From contig NC_068985.1 of NCBI RefSeq assembly GCF_001194135.2, forward strand, positions 40,564,646-40,628,645: DNA of 64,000 bases, given 5' to 3'. Within the stretch, counting starts at the first letter, position 1. Every line of letters begins with the position of its first letter. The stretch comes from Octopus bimaculoides (lineage: Eukaryota). The notes beneath the pieces were generated by a model, which did not search any database, had not been told where the DNA came from, and saw only the letters and a list, made by a program, of their open reading frames with translations. Position numbers and translations under genes: made by a program. Shown here piece by piece: positions 1 through 12,400 of this stretch.

Positions 1-889
1 ACTGGCATGAGTTGATGGGAGCTGGTAAGGCCAGTGGGTGTATCATGCTCCATTGTCTGTTCTGGCATGGTTTCTTTGGCTGGATGCTCTTCTTAATATC
101 AACCACTTTACAGAGTGTATGAGATGCTTTTTATGTGACACCAGTGCCAGTGCTACAGATTCACTGTATTTTGTCATGGAGAAAATTTCTCACTGTAGAC
201 AAATAGGTGTAAACACATCAAGTCAGTTTGCAGTACTCTCTAATCAGACTGGTGGATGCATGCATTTCAGAGTGGTTATCTTCTCTTCAAGTATATAATT
301 GAGGAAACTGCTGCAACAAGTTAGTGACAAGTGGCAACCCTATCAGCAAGAGACATGCAAAGAATTAATCATTAAAATAATTGTGCTGTTTTGAATTGCT
401 ATTAATTTTATATCAACAATGAGTTAATCAGAAGTCTTTGAGAGATAAAGGCTATACTTTGATCATCATCATCATCATTTGACATTCATATTACATGCTG
501 GCATGGGTTGGATAGTATGATAGGATCCAATGGATTCAAGGACCTTATTGTGCTCCAATGTCTTCTTTGGCATGGGTTTTATAGCTGGATGCCCTTCCTT
601 ATGCCAACCACTTTTTACTAGTTAGTGAGGTTGCCATGCAGCTCACAAGACTACAAACCTTGAGGGATGGTTGGCTTTATGCTAAGAGATAAGGGGTTAA
701 GGTATGAGAGGAGGAGGGATAGGAGATTCTTGTAGAAGAACTACATGGCTACTCACATTTAGAAGAGTGGGTGAGAATGATCAGTAGAAGCTGCAAAGAG
801 ATAAATAGTTGTGATGAGGCATCAAAAAAATATTCATCACATCTTTTCCATTTGCAGTATAATAAAATAGGACACTTATGCTCTTAAAT

Positions 890-1200
890 TACCAGTCAAC
901 TAAAAACAGGATCAAGATTTAGTTTCCCCTTAGATGAATACACGCATCACTAAACAAATGCCAGTATTTGAATATTAGTGCACATAAAAGTGATGGAACA
1001 TTCTGGAATTTGGGCATAGTGAAGAATTCTGGACCTCTATATGTAAAACTGCTGTTGAAATTGTTCGAGGAATTCAGAAACAAACAGGTGGTGGTTTGTG
1101 TTACTGGTGATGCAGCTATGATGATGAAATATGGAAGAGCATTGATTATGATCACAAGTTTATATGTTATTGGTAATGAAATCTATGTTTCATGCATCAT
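890..1200 (+). mobile_element. Degraded hAT-superfamily transposase fragment
   Basis: Reads GSRFSFPLDEYT /frameshift/ SLNKCQYLNISAHKSDGTFWNLGIVK...VVCVTGDAAMMMKYGRAL, resembling the hAT DEWTS and TDGA catalytic blocks. Confidence 0.6.
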
Positions 1201-1594
1201 CAATAAAATCAGAAAACTTGTGAGATTCATTCACAAATCTTGCTTTAAAAATATCTTACAAGGATGTTCAATAGGAGAATAGCATGATTTATGAAAATTA
1301 GATAGCCCCTATAGAAAAATACAATTGACTATACAATCAATAAATATATGGACTATTTTGATCTCAAAAAGCAAGAAGTTATGCTTTGATGTAGAAAGTG
1401 TAAGTTGTAGAAAAACTAGGCAGTTTTTACAGCCAGGTACCCTTATCATTGCTAATTCTTATTTATTTTTCAAATAAAGGGGGTTTTTCATTCTACTCAT
1501 ATTCAAAAAACAGAGAGATATGTGATTCATTGATAGGGAAATGCCATAGATCAATAATTTTTAGAAATACAAATGAACATGCTCACAACAACAA

Positions 1595-1595
1595 C

Positions 1596-1655
<60 letters not shown>
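1595..1655. repeat. (CA)n microsatellite
   Basis: Visible directly. Others include (CA)n/(CT)n 22657-22757, (TA)n 27851-27900, (TTCA)n 4370-4630, (CT)n 29575-29620. Confidence 0.95.
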
Positions 1656-1658
<3 letters not shown>

Positions 1659-1894
1659 TCACTCTGGACTTTGTACACTTTCTGTCAACCAAATCCACTC
1701 ATAAAACATTGGTCAGCTCAGAGTTGTTGTGGAAAGCACTTGCCCAAGATCCTGTGCAGTTGGACTGAACTTGAAACCATATGGTTGTAAAGCAAACTTC
1801 TTAGCCACACAGCTATTCTTGTGCTTATACACACACTCACTCACTCTCTCTCTCTCTCTCTCGTATGCACACACACATACAACATATATATGTG

Positions 1895-1925
<31 letters not shown>

Positions 1926-1953
1926 GTAGATATGTATGTATTGTCTTTTTTAG

Positions 1954-2082
1954 AAAATATTGATAACATTTCCGCAGACCAACCTCTAACAGAATTAATT
2001 GAAGAATTCAACCAGCTAATGAAGACAGAAAATGGTCCTCATCAGAAAGTTGCTAACATCATCGCAGAGTTGGCCAAAATTG
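1954..2082 (+). CDS. RAP1GDS1: RAP1GDS1 exon (129 nt, phase 1-1), ENIDN...KVANIIAELAKI
   Basis: ttttag acceptor at 1952-53, GTAAGT donor at 2083; equivalent to human KVANIIAEVAKN. Confidence 0.92.
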
Positions 2083-5000
2083 GTAAGTATAATTTCTGTC
2101 AAATCTTCAAATTCAGGTTGCTCTCAGCAACCTGAATTCATCTCTCAGCTTTTTTTTATTTCTTGCTTTCTTTATAAAATCATTGCTCTTGCATGAATGT
2201 CAAACCATCTCTTTTCCTCACTTCTGTAACTGAGGCTTTGTTGGTGCTAGTAAATCCTAATTGAGCTGTTTATCAAAAGTTCCTGTTGTGACCCTATTAT
2301 CTTTTTGGGGGTATTTTGATACCAACCCACCTGAGACTGCTCATGGCTCTATGATACAGAGTACCACATTTAAAATGATCCAAATTAAAAACCTTATGTC
2401 AAAATTTCATGCTAATTATGTTCTAAATACCCGTTTGATATTGATAAAGTTACTTAATTAAATTCTTCATTATTTTTTAAAATTAACTAAGCAGAGTATT
2501 TCAACTGATACATGGTAAAAAAAATGGGTTAATGTGTCCTTTCCATTTTTTAAGATGGGAGATCCTAAAACGAAGATTTCACGTAAAAAGCATTGGTGTG
2601 AGTGCTTGTGCCACATAAAAATCACTAGTACTGGTGCCATATAATAAGCACCAAGTACACTCTGTAAAGTGGTTGGCGTTAGGAAGGGCATCCAGCCATA
2701 GAAACCAAGCTTAAACAAACTATGGAACCTGGTGCAGCCCCTGGCCAAGCTATTGTCATGTTTCAGGGTATTTTGCAGGAGAATATACTGGATTAGTTTC
2801 CTGGTATCTGCTCCCAGTCCAGTTGTACTTCTGCTACTTACCTTCCCAATCCTAGAATGAAGGAAGGTAAAGTCACCAACCCTGGCCAGATTTACACTCA
2901 GAACATAGAAATGTAACTAAGTACCACAAAACATTCTGTTGAATATTCTACCATTCTTACCACTCAGGTACAAGCATGGCTGTGTGGTTAAGAAATTCAC
3001 TTCCCAACCATATAGTTTCAGGTTCAGTCTCACTGCATGGCACCTTGGACATGTGTTATGTATGTGTGTGTGTTTGTGTTTCCTTATGTTGACATCATGT
3101 GATAGTTGTAAGCAAGTATTACCATCATGTAAGCAGTTTCATTTGTTTGGTGACAAAGAGATCATCCAGCTATTGAAAAATTTACTTCACTGAAATTTGT
3201 TTGACCCATGCAAGTATGGAAAAGTTAACATTAAATTAATGATAATGATGATGAATAAAAATTTCTTTCATAGGAACAACTCCAGGTATTTTAGCAAAAG
3301 GATTGGTTAATTAAACTGACCCCATTACTCTGACTGCTGCTACTAATTTCATTGAGCTTAAATGGATACAAGGCAAGGTTGACCTTGCTGAAATGTGAAC
3401 CCAGAATTTAGCATGTAAAAGGATCTAACTGAATACTGCAATGCATTTCACCCACTGAACTCTGATTCTACGATCTAGACTCAAATAACAATAATAGTGA
3501 TTAAGATATACACAATAAAGTTGGCCAGTTCTCTCTGTTGCTTTGTTTGCCAAATAATGCACAGAATGCAACAATTGATGAGATCCATCAAACCTATGCC
3601 CTAGGGAGAAACATGTTGGTGGGGTGGCAGTGTTGTTGTTGACAGCATATTTTGGAAAAGGGTTAGACTTGGTTAAATCCACCTCCCAACCTTTCATTGA
3701 TATTTATCTTATCAATCCCAGAAACATGAAAAGCAAAGCTGACCTTTCTGAGTTTAACTAAATATTGTAAGGGTTTTTGTTTGGGAATCTACTATCAATT
3801 CTGTCATCCACCATTTTCAATAACAACAATAATAATAATAAGCAATGATGACCAATGTAATCCTGAATTAACAAGTATTGACTAAATACCACATATATAA
3901 TATTACCAAATAGACACTGAATCAAGTTACTTTGTAATTGTTGGATTATCCAGATACTTCCATCAGCAAAACAGAATTCTTCTCAACTCTCAGTAAAAGA
4001 TTTTAAACATTGTCTTGTATTTTATGTTTTGTTGTGAGGTTTTTTTTTTTCTCTCACGTTTGAGTATACATAATCTCTTTATAAATTTTAACTTTTTGAA
4101 ACAAAAAAAAATTAAATCATTTTCTCGTGTTTTTAATTACAAATCTCACTTTATACTAGCTATTAAGCATTTAACTGTTCTCTTTTTTTTTATCTTTTCT
4201 CTTAAAGAATCTTTACGGCAGCCATTTGTAGATGGTGATATGGTTCCAGTATTAGTGAAAATGCTACAGAGTTCAGATACAAATAAAGCTGTTCAAGCTT
4301 GCAGAGCCCTAGGCAACATATGTTACGAAAATGGTAAAGTCCTTCTGAAATTTGTACTTTGTTGTAATTCATTTATTCAATTTTTCAGTCATTCAACTAA
4401 TTTATTTGGTCATTCATCAATTCGTTTATCCATTTATTCCAACATTCATTCATTCATTCCTTCCTCACCCATTCATGGATTTACCCATTCATATATTCAG
4501 TTATTCATTAATTTAGTCATCCAATAACCATTAATTTATTCCTATATCCATTCATTCATTCATTCATTGCTTTATTCACTCATTTATTCATTCAGTTAAG
4601 CATTCATCCACCCGTTTATTCATTCAGTCATTCTGAATATCTCTCAGATTGCATCCCACTATCTTAAAATGGATGAATGCATTTGATGAAGTAGTTCTAG
4701 ATACATTATATCTCAATAAAAGATGAGATATGCACAACTAGATCTCCTTTGATTGTAGGTCTTCTGAATCAAAGATGACCTGAGGATAAACAACAACAGC
4801 AGTACTAACAACAATAACAGCAACAAAATAATAACAAAAAACAATGATAATACAACAATAAAGCAAAGGCTGCAGTCATAAAACCTTATTTTATCATATT
4901 TAACACTTTAACCAACACAACTAACCTGCTTCTTGATGATGCAATTTCTTTTCAGTCGTCTGCAACATATAATTTTATTCCTAATAATAGTTTTTGAAAT

Positions 5001-8000
5001 TGTTCAAACAGCTGATACCTCTTGCTCTCAATGTCTTCATATTTTAACTTGCCGGTCAAACTCAACTGCAGTTCAGAAAGGCATGGAAGGGAATTTAACA
5101 GGATTTATATACCAAGAATAAGTGTACAGGTGCAGATGTGGTTGTGTGGTTAAGAAGCTTGCTTTCCAAGCACATGGTTTCTAGTTCAGTGCCACTGCAT
5201 GGCACCTTGGGCATCTTCAACTATATAGCCTTAGGCCAGCCAAAGCCTTGTGAGTGGATTTCGTAGATGGAAACTGAAAGAAGCCCATCATGCTTGTGTG
5301 TGTGTTTGTCCCCCACCACTGCTTCGCAACCAGTGTTGATGTGTTTACTTCCCTGTAACTTAGCAGTTCAGCAAAAGTGACTGATAGAATAAGTACCAGG
5401 CTTTAAAATAAAAATACTGCAGTCAGTTCATTCAACTAAAAATTCTTCAAGGTGGTGCCCCAGCATGGCCACAGTCTAATGACTGAAACAAGATAAAGGA
5501 TTGGCATGATTCTGTAGTTGACAAGCTTGCATCACAACTATGTCGTTCTGAGTTTGATCCCACTGTGTTGCACTTTGGGCAAATGTCTTCTGATACAGCT
5601 TCCAGCTGTGAAGGCACTTGGCTTAGTGGTTAGAGCATCAGGCCTGCACCATGAGGCAGTGGGTTGTGTTCTTGAGCAAGACACTTTATTTCACGTTGCT
5701 CCAGAAAAAATGCTACTCACTAAGCATTTTGTCTGATGTGCTAACAATTCTGCCACCTCGCTACTTTAATGATAATAACAATGATGATGATGACGATGAC
5801 AACAACCATCATCATCATCATCATCATAATAGGCACAGGGCCTGCAATTTATTTTTGTTCATTGTGCTAATGATTCAGCCAGCTTGCCACCTTAATAACA
5901 ACAATAATAATAATAATAATAATAGTTTCTTAGTCTAATAATAATGTTTTTCTTTTTCTTTTTCTTTCTCTGCTTTTATCAGACAATGCCCGAAATTGTG
6001 TAGATGCCACTGATGGGTTGAAGTCTTTGCTGGACCTGATGCGAGAGATCAACAACAACAAAGGTGGTGAGATAGGCAAACTGCGTACAGTGGCTTGCGG
6101 CCTCTTGCTCAACATCACCAACACACACAGTAAGTCAAAATATCAGAGATCTTAACGCTCCTTTCTAGCACACCTTCTCTTGTTGACTGTGTAAAGGTTC
6201 CTTTAGGTCAACAAGGGATCCGCTACACATCCTGAAATTTTTAAATCAGAAGGATACATCAGATAATGTAGTTCTAAATAAAAGAAGGCCATAGATGAAA
6301 CACTTAAACATAGATGTGTAGCATCAGGATTGACCTGGATTTTAAAAAAACAACAAAAAATAACATGAAATAAGGACAGTTTCAATGCAGTTGCTAACCT
6401 ACTATGAATAGCAGCCAGATCTGCTTAAAATGACAGCCTCCCTTCTTAATGAAGGAAGGGCACATTGTATGATGTTGAGGTTAACTATCTATTTGTACCT
6501 AAATGTACAGACCTGAACAAAGATTGGGGGTGGGGCTGCAGAAGACTAGCATTTACTCATGCATGCAAGTTTTCTATATCTTTGTTGTTTAAGGGAAAAG
6601 TTATTGTTTATTGTTTTTTTTTAAAGACCAATACAGCTTGACACCTGTGTCTTCATAGGTATTCCATTCAGAAGTGAAGAGTTGATGGAGATACTGCAAG
6701 GCATTTTGTCCAACACTGTAACAGTTTCACAGTCCACCATCCTAGATTGTGACTATTTTATTGACAAAGTTGAACTAGGCTGGATTTGAACTCATAGTTC
6801 AGAAAACCAGAACAAACATCAGAACAAATACTGCAAGGTATTCCATTCGGTGCTCTAAGAACTCTGCCAGTTCACTGCCTTTCAGATGGTGTAATCCTTG
6901 ATAATACTTTATCCAAATATATGCTGCATTCTTTTAGAGAATGTAATCTTAGATATACTATATCCTTTGAGATTATGTAATCCTAGATACACTATATCCA
7001 ATAAAAATACTGTGATGGTCATAGCTTGAATGCTGTTCAAACAATAAAAAGTTGGCATCGATTGAACAGTGAACCTGTGGATCACATCTAGAAATCACTG
7101 GATTTGTGGATCAGACATAGTAAACAATGGATTTACTGGCCACATCTGGTAAACAATAGTTCTAGGGATCATACCTAGTTAACACTGATTATGTTGATCA
7201 CAACAAATGAATTTTTAGCTGAACAAGTGAACCATACATAATAAATTTTAGATCTGTGAATCATACCAAGTAGACAATCGATGGATTACATGTAATAAAC
7301 ACAAGTTCTATGCATCAGACTTAGTAAATAGAAAATTTATGGATTATATCTTATCATTTGGTGAAATATTTATGGGTCCTAAATTTGTATTACCAGGGCC
7401 AACCTGGGCTAAACAACAATTAATAAAACCTTTTGTCTTTTTCTTCTCATCATCTTCCTCCTTTTCTTCTATTTTACTTGCCTTTTACTTTTATTTTCCT
7501 CAATTTTTCTTTCTCCTTTCTCCTCTCTCTTTTTCTCTTTCTCTTCTATTAGTACCTTTCTCTTTGAGACAGGAGATGGAAACACAAAAAGAAACCATAA
7601 CTCTTGTTTGTGGCACAGAAGTAAGAAACACCATGCTCAAATTGAATTATTCTCAGACCAAAGACATTCTAAATGCTTCTAACAGAGTGGACTTTGCTAA
7701 AAGTACCAAGGACTAGGTGGTGATGTCAAACTGGTCTACTATCCAAGACCAAGTATAATCCATCCAGTGGCTTTCCACACAGTTGCTGTCTACACAATTC
7801 CACTCACAAGGCTGACTCAAGACCCATGCAGTGGCATCAAATTTAGAACCATATGATTGCTCAGTTAACTTCTTAACCATACCTGTTTCGCCTACTGTTC
7901 CTCCTTTTTTGATTTTGTTTTTTCTTTTTTAGTTTATTCCCTTTTACTTGCATTTGTTTTAATTTCTATGGATAAGAGACTTAATCCACCACTACCCAGC

Positions 8001-9441
8001 ATCTTGAGTACTTTTATTGGAGTTCACTTTGTTGCAAGTATTTAGACAAGATCTTTGGTTTGAGGATACCTTTCTCCCTCCCTCTCTCCTACTGGTGACT
8101 GAGGCCCTCTACGAAATCATAGACAGTGCCTGTATCTCTTGATTAAAAAATTAGAAAACATATTCTTTATTTGTTTTCTTATTTAATTATTTCTGAGATT
8201 TTTCTTTATTCCTTCTTCTTCATGTTTTTCTTTTTCTTTCTTTTTTTCCTTCCATTCATATCTCTCCTACACTCACTTCCTTTATTTCTGTATCAGTCAT
8301 AATAAACAACTCTCCTAAAACTATCCTTTCTACTTTATTGTTAAATATTTCATTTCTTAATTTTTTTTTTATTCAGATTTGCTCCAAAAGAAAGCACTTG
8401 AAAATGGTGCCTTGGATATATTACAAGATTATCTAAAAAACTACACAGATGAAGAAGGATTACCATATATGGTTCTGTTGGCACTTGATAGCTTAGCAGA
8501 AACAGGTGAGTGACAATTTTTTCTGGAATGGGAAGGAAGACATTAAATTTTCATATTCTTATTATTTAACTGTATAATTTTCTTATGTAATATACTATAT
8601 CATCATCATCATTGTTTTCATATCCCTTTTCCTTACTAACATGGGTTGGATAGGAATTTTGAGGCAGTGTTTTATAACTTGATACCCTTCTTGATGCCAT
8701 TTTGTTTAGTCACACATCATCATTAATGTCAGCTTTTCCATACTTGCATATGAATCAGACAGAATTTATTGAGGCAGATTTTCCTTTCCTGTTGCTAACC
8801 CTCACCTGTTTCTAAGTAAGGTAATATTTCCCCATAACTAGACATGTTTTCACAGAAGAGTGGAAATGAAGATCACCGCTTGCATGGCAGTGACACTCAT
8901 TTACAACTATTACGAGATGGCATGGTAAGGAGACAGTAACACACACACACACACATAAAGGGTTGGGCTTCTTTCAGCTTCCATCTACCAAATCCACTCA
9001 CAAGCATTGGTCAGCTCAAGGCTGTAGTAGAAGACACTTGCCCATGATCCTACACAGCTTCATGTGTAGGCTTCATGAGCCTAAAACCATGTGGTGGGGA
9101 AGCGAACTTCTTATCATACAGCCAATATGTTTATATGAATTTATGGTTCACACATCATCAGGGGCTTTGTTCATCATCATCATCATTTAGTGACCATTGT
9201 CCAAAATGATGATGATCATCATCATTACCAACATCATCATGTGAACCATAAATTCATATAAATATATTGGCTGTATGATAGGAAATTTGCTTCACATCAT
9301 TTATATGAAATCACTGGACAGTTCAGTATTTGCAACATAACTTGGTTACTAGACCAGTATATTGCATTTCATATAAGCAAAGATACAGTATTCCTATTCT
9401 ATAAACCAGGATACACATGGTTCAATCCCTAACTCTCTTGG

Positions 9442-9479
<38 letters not shown>

Positions 9480-12400
9480 NNNNNNNNNNGGGCAAGTGTC
9501 TTCTACTAAAGCCTTGGGCCAACCAAAGTCTTGTGAATGGATTTGGTAGACAGAAACTGAAAGAAGCTCGTCATATGTGTGTGTGTGTGTGACTGTGTTT
9601 GTCCTCCCCCGTCACCAGTGTTGGTGTGTTTACTTTCCCATAACTTAGTGATTCAGCAAGAGAGACTGATAGAATAAGTACTAGGCTTTAAAAAAGTAAT
9701 TCCTAGGGTTGATTTGTTTGACTAAAACCCTTCAAAGCAGTGCTTCAGTATGGCCACTAAATTACAACAGGTATATAGTTCATTTTTTGTTCTATAGTGC
9801 ATTGTTGTACTATTCAAAACTTTTTATTCTTTACAAACAATACACAATGCTTCAAGTGAACTACAATACTCTCCTTTAACTTGTAATTTTTTGATTGTCA
9901 GACCTAGTGTTCTGTCTTGGAGTTATTATCTCAAACTGTTTTCTATTTTAGAGCTAGTATATACTTGTAGATATTTAGACAAATTAAAAATTTATAGAAA
10001 ACTTATCTCTCATATCTAATGCAAAGGATTTGTAGCTAAGCACCAACCCTTAAAATCGCCTCAGGACTTTACATTTATATAAACTTCTGATTCACACAGC
10101 ATTCAATGGCAAAAGCATGTTTGGGCTTCTTATCATGTCTTGACATATTGCACATTCTATGTAAACAAAAATGTATCCTAGCTATATTCTGGCTAGGGAA
10201 TAATTATCTTGCCTGGATACAGGTGAGAGCTAGCAATGGAAGGAGCATCGAACCATAGAAAATCTGCCTCAACGAATTCTGTTTGACCCATGCAAACATG
10301 AAAAAGTGGACGTTAAAACCATCCTGATGACAATGATGATGATTTGATGTTTATGAATTAAATTTCCCCTTTATCCTACCCTTATTGATAAAATAAATAC
10401 CAAGTAAAGACTGGAGTATCTGTTTAATTCACAATACTTCTCCCCTTAAATCTGAGGCCTTGTGCCAATCTTAGGAAATGTTATTCTGAAGTTAACATTT
10501 TAAAACCTTTTCCTGATAACGTATGATGTCTCCTATTTCTAGAATTTGGGCGTGAAAAAATTGCATCCTGTGGTGCTTATGAATCGGTGTTAGATTTTAT
10601 GCAATCATCAAAAGGCAACAGTGCACAAGATGCAGTTCTGGACTTGTTGTGTAATTTAGCTGAGAATGGTAAGTTTTAATCTTTTCCTTTGATATTTACT
10701 CCCCTCCTTACCCAGTATTTTGAATCCTGAACATTCAACTATTGTAATTGAAATTAACACAAGTTGGGGGAGTGAGTAGTAGAAAAACGATTACTATTAT
10801 TATTGTTGCTTTGCTCCTAGTCAGATCTGGTTGAGCAAACTTGTGTTCGTGGATATTTCTAATCAAGACCATCCTGTTTTCTTATATATTTCAGACAACA
10901 TTGTTAATGTATCGTTAGAGATATATGATCAAAAGGAATTTGGCTGCTATTTCTAGTAGGCTGAGCAATCACACTGAAGCTCCATCGTTGATTTGATGAG
11001 AAATAATGGAATACTTCTCTAAATTTTTTTTTACAACATTCTGCTTCGTTCTGAAGTCAAATTTTGCTGGGATAGACATTTCCTGTCATTTCAGAAGTTT
11101 ACTAAAATCAGTACCAGATTTTGGGTTTACTTATTCAAATGTACCCATTTTTTTCAAATTTTTAGCCTCATGATAATGTGGAAAATTGTTAATCATTAAG
11201 GTAAAAGATTGGCAGAATTGGTTTAGTACCACACTTGGGTCAATGAAATTAGTATCCCATGAGTCAGTAAAGAAGGATCCATGAGGTTAGAAATAGCCTG
11301 TTAGAAATAGCAGCCAAATCTCTCTTAAATCTCACCATACTATCTTTAAAATAAGGAATGACACAGCATATGATGTAGTCCTAGACAGAGTATGTTTGAA
11401 TAGAAAACTGAATGGTCACAGCTGGAATGACTTTCACCACAGATCTGTTTGATCAGGTTTGACCTGATGAACAGCAACCCAAACACCATAATTGCCATTA
11501 ACTATACAAATGTCACCAATAACAACACTACCATCATCACAAACCAACAAGGGAGCCCCAACTTAGTGATTCAACCCAATAGAATTAGCCAAACTTCCCT
11601 GAAGTCACTCCCTACTATCCTAAAAAGGTAAAGGACATATAAGATAATGTGGTCCTAGATATACCATGTCTGAAAATAAGGTGAGATGTGTTGTGGCTGG
11701 AACATCTTAGATTGTAGGTATGCTGAAATAAGGTTAATCTGAACATAAACAACAAATAAGTACAGGCATAAAGTTGGATTCATTCAACTCACTGTAGCTT
11801 TATTTTACAAAATTATGGTATTGAAATTAAATAATCATCGTCGTCATTGTTTAACATCTGCTTTCCATGCTGGCATGGGTTGGACGGTTTGACTGAGGGC
11901 TGGCAAGCCAGAAGGCTGCACCAGGCTCCAATCCGATCTGGCATGGTTTCGACCATGCTTGAATGGTGCTTTCTATGTGCCACCAGCACGGGAGCCAGTC
12001 AAGCAGCACTGGCAATGACCACGCTCAAATGGTGCTTTTTACATCCCATTGGCATGGGTGCCAGTCAGGTGGCACTGTCATCAGCCATGACAATGGCTTC
12101 ACTTGCCTCAACAGGTCTTTGCAAGCGCAGTTTATTGCCCAATGATTGAAGGGTACTCTTAAATGGGCCAGTTATGCTGCACTGGCCTAGGTCACAGTTA
12201 CGGTCTCACTTGGTTTGCTGGGTCTTCTCAAGCACAGTATATCTCCAAGGGTCTTGGTCACTTGTCATCGCCTCGATGAGGCCCAACGTCCAAAGGTCGT
12301 GCTTCTCCACCTCATCCCAGGTCTTCTTGAATGTCTACAAAATATGTTTGTTTCAGGGTTTTAATTAAATGAGACCTTCTCAGAAGAGGATTTCAACCCA

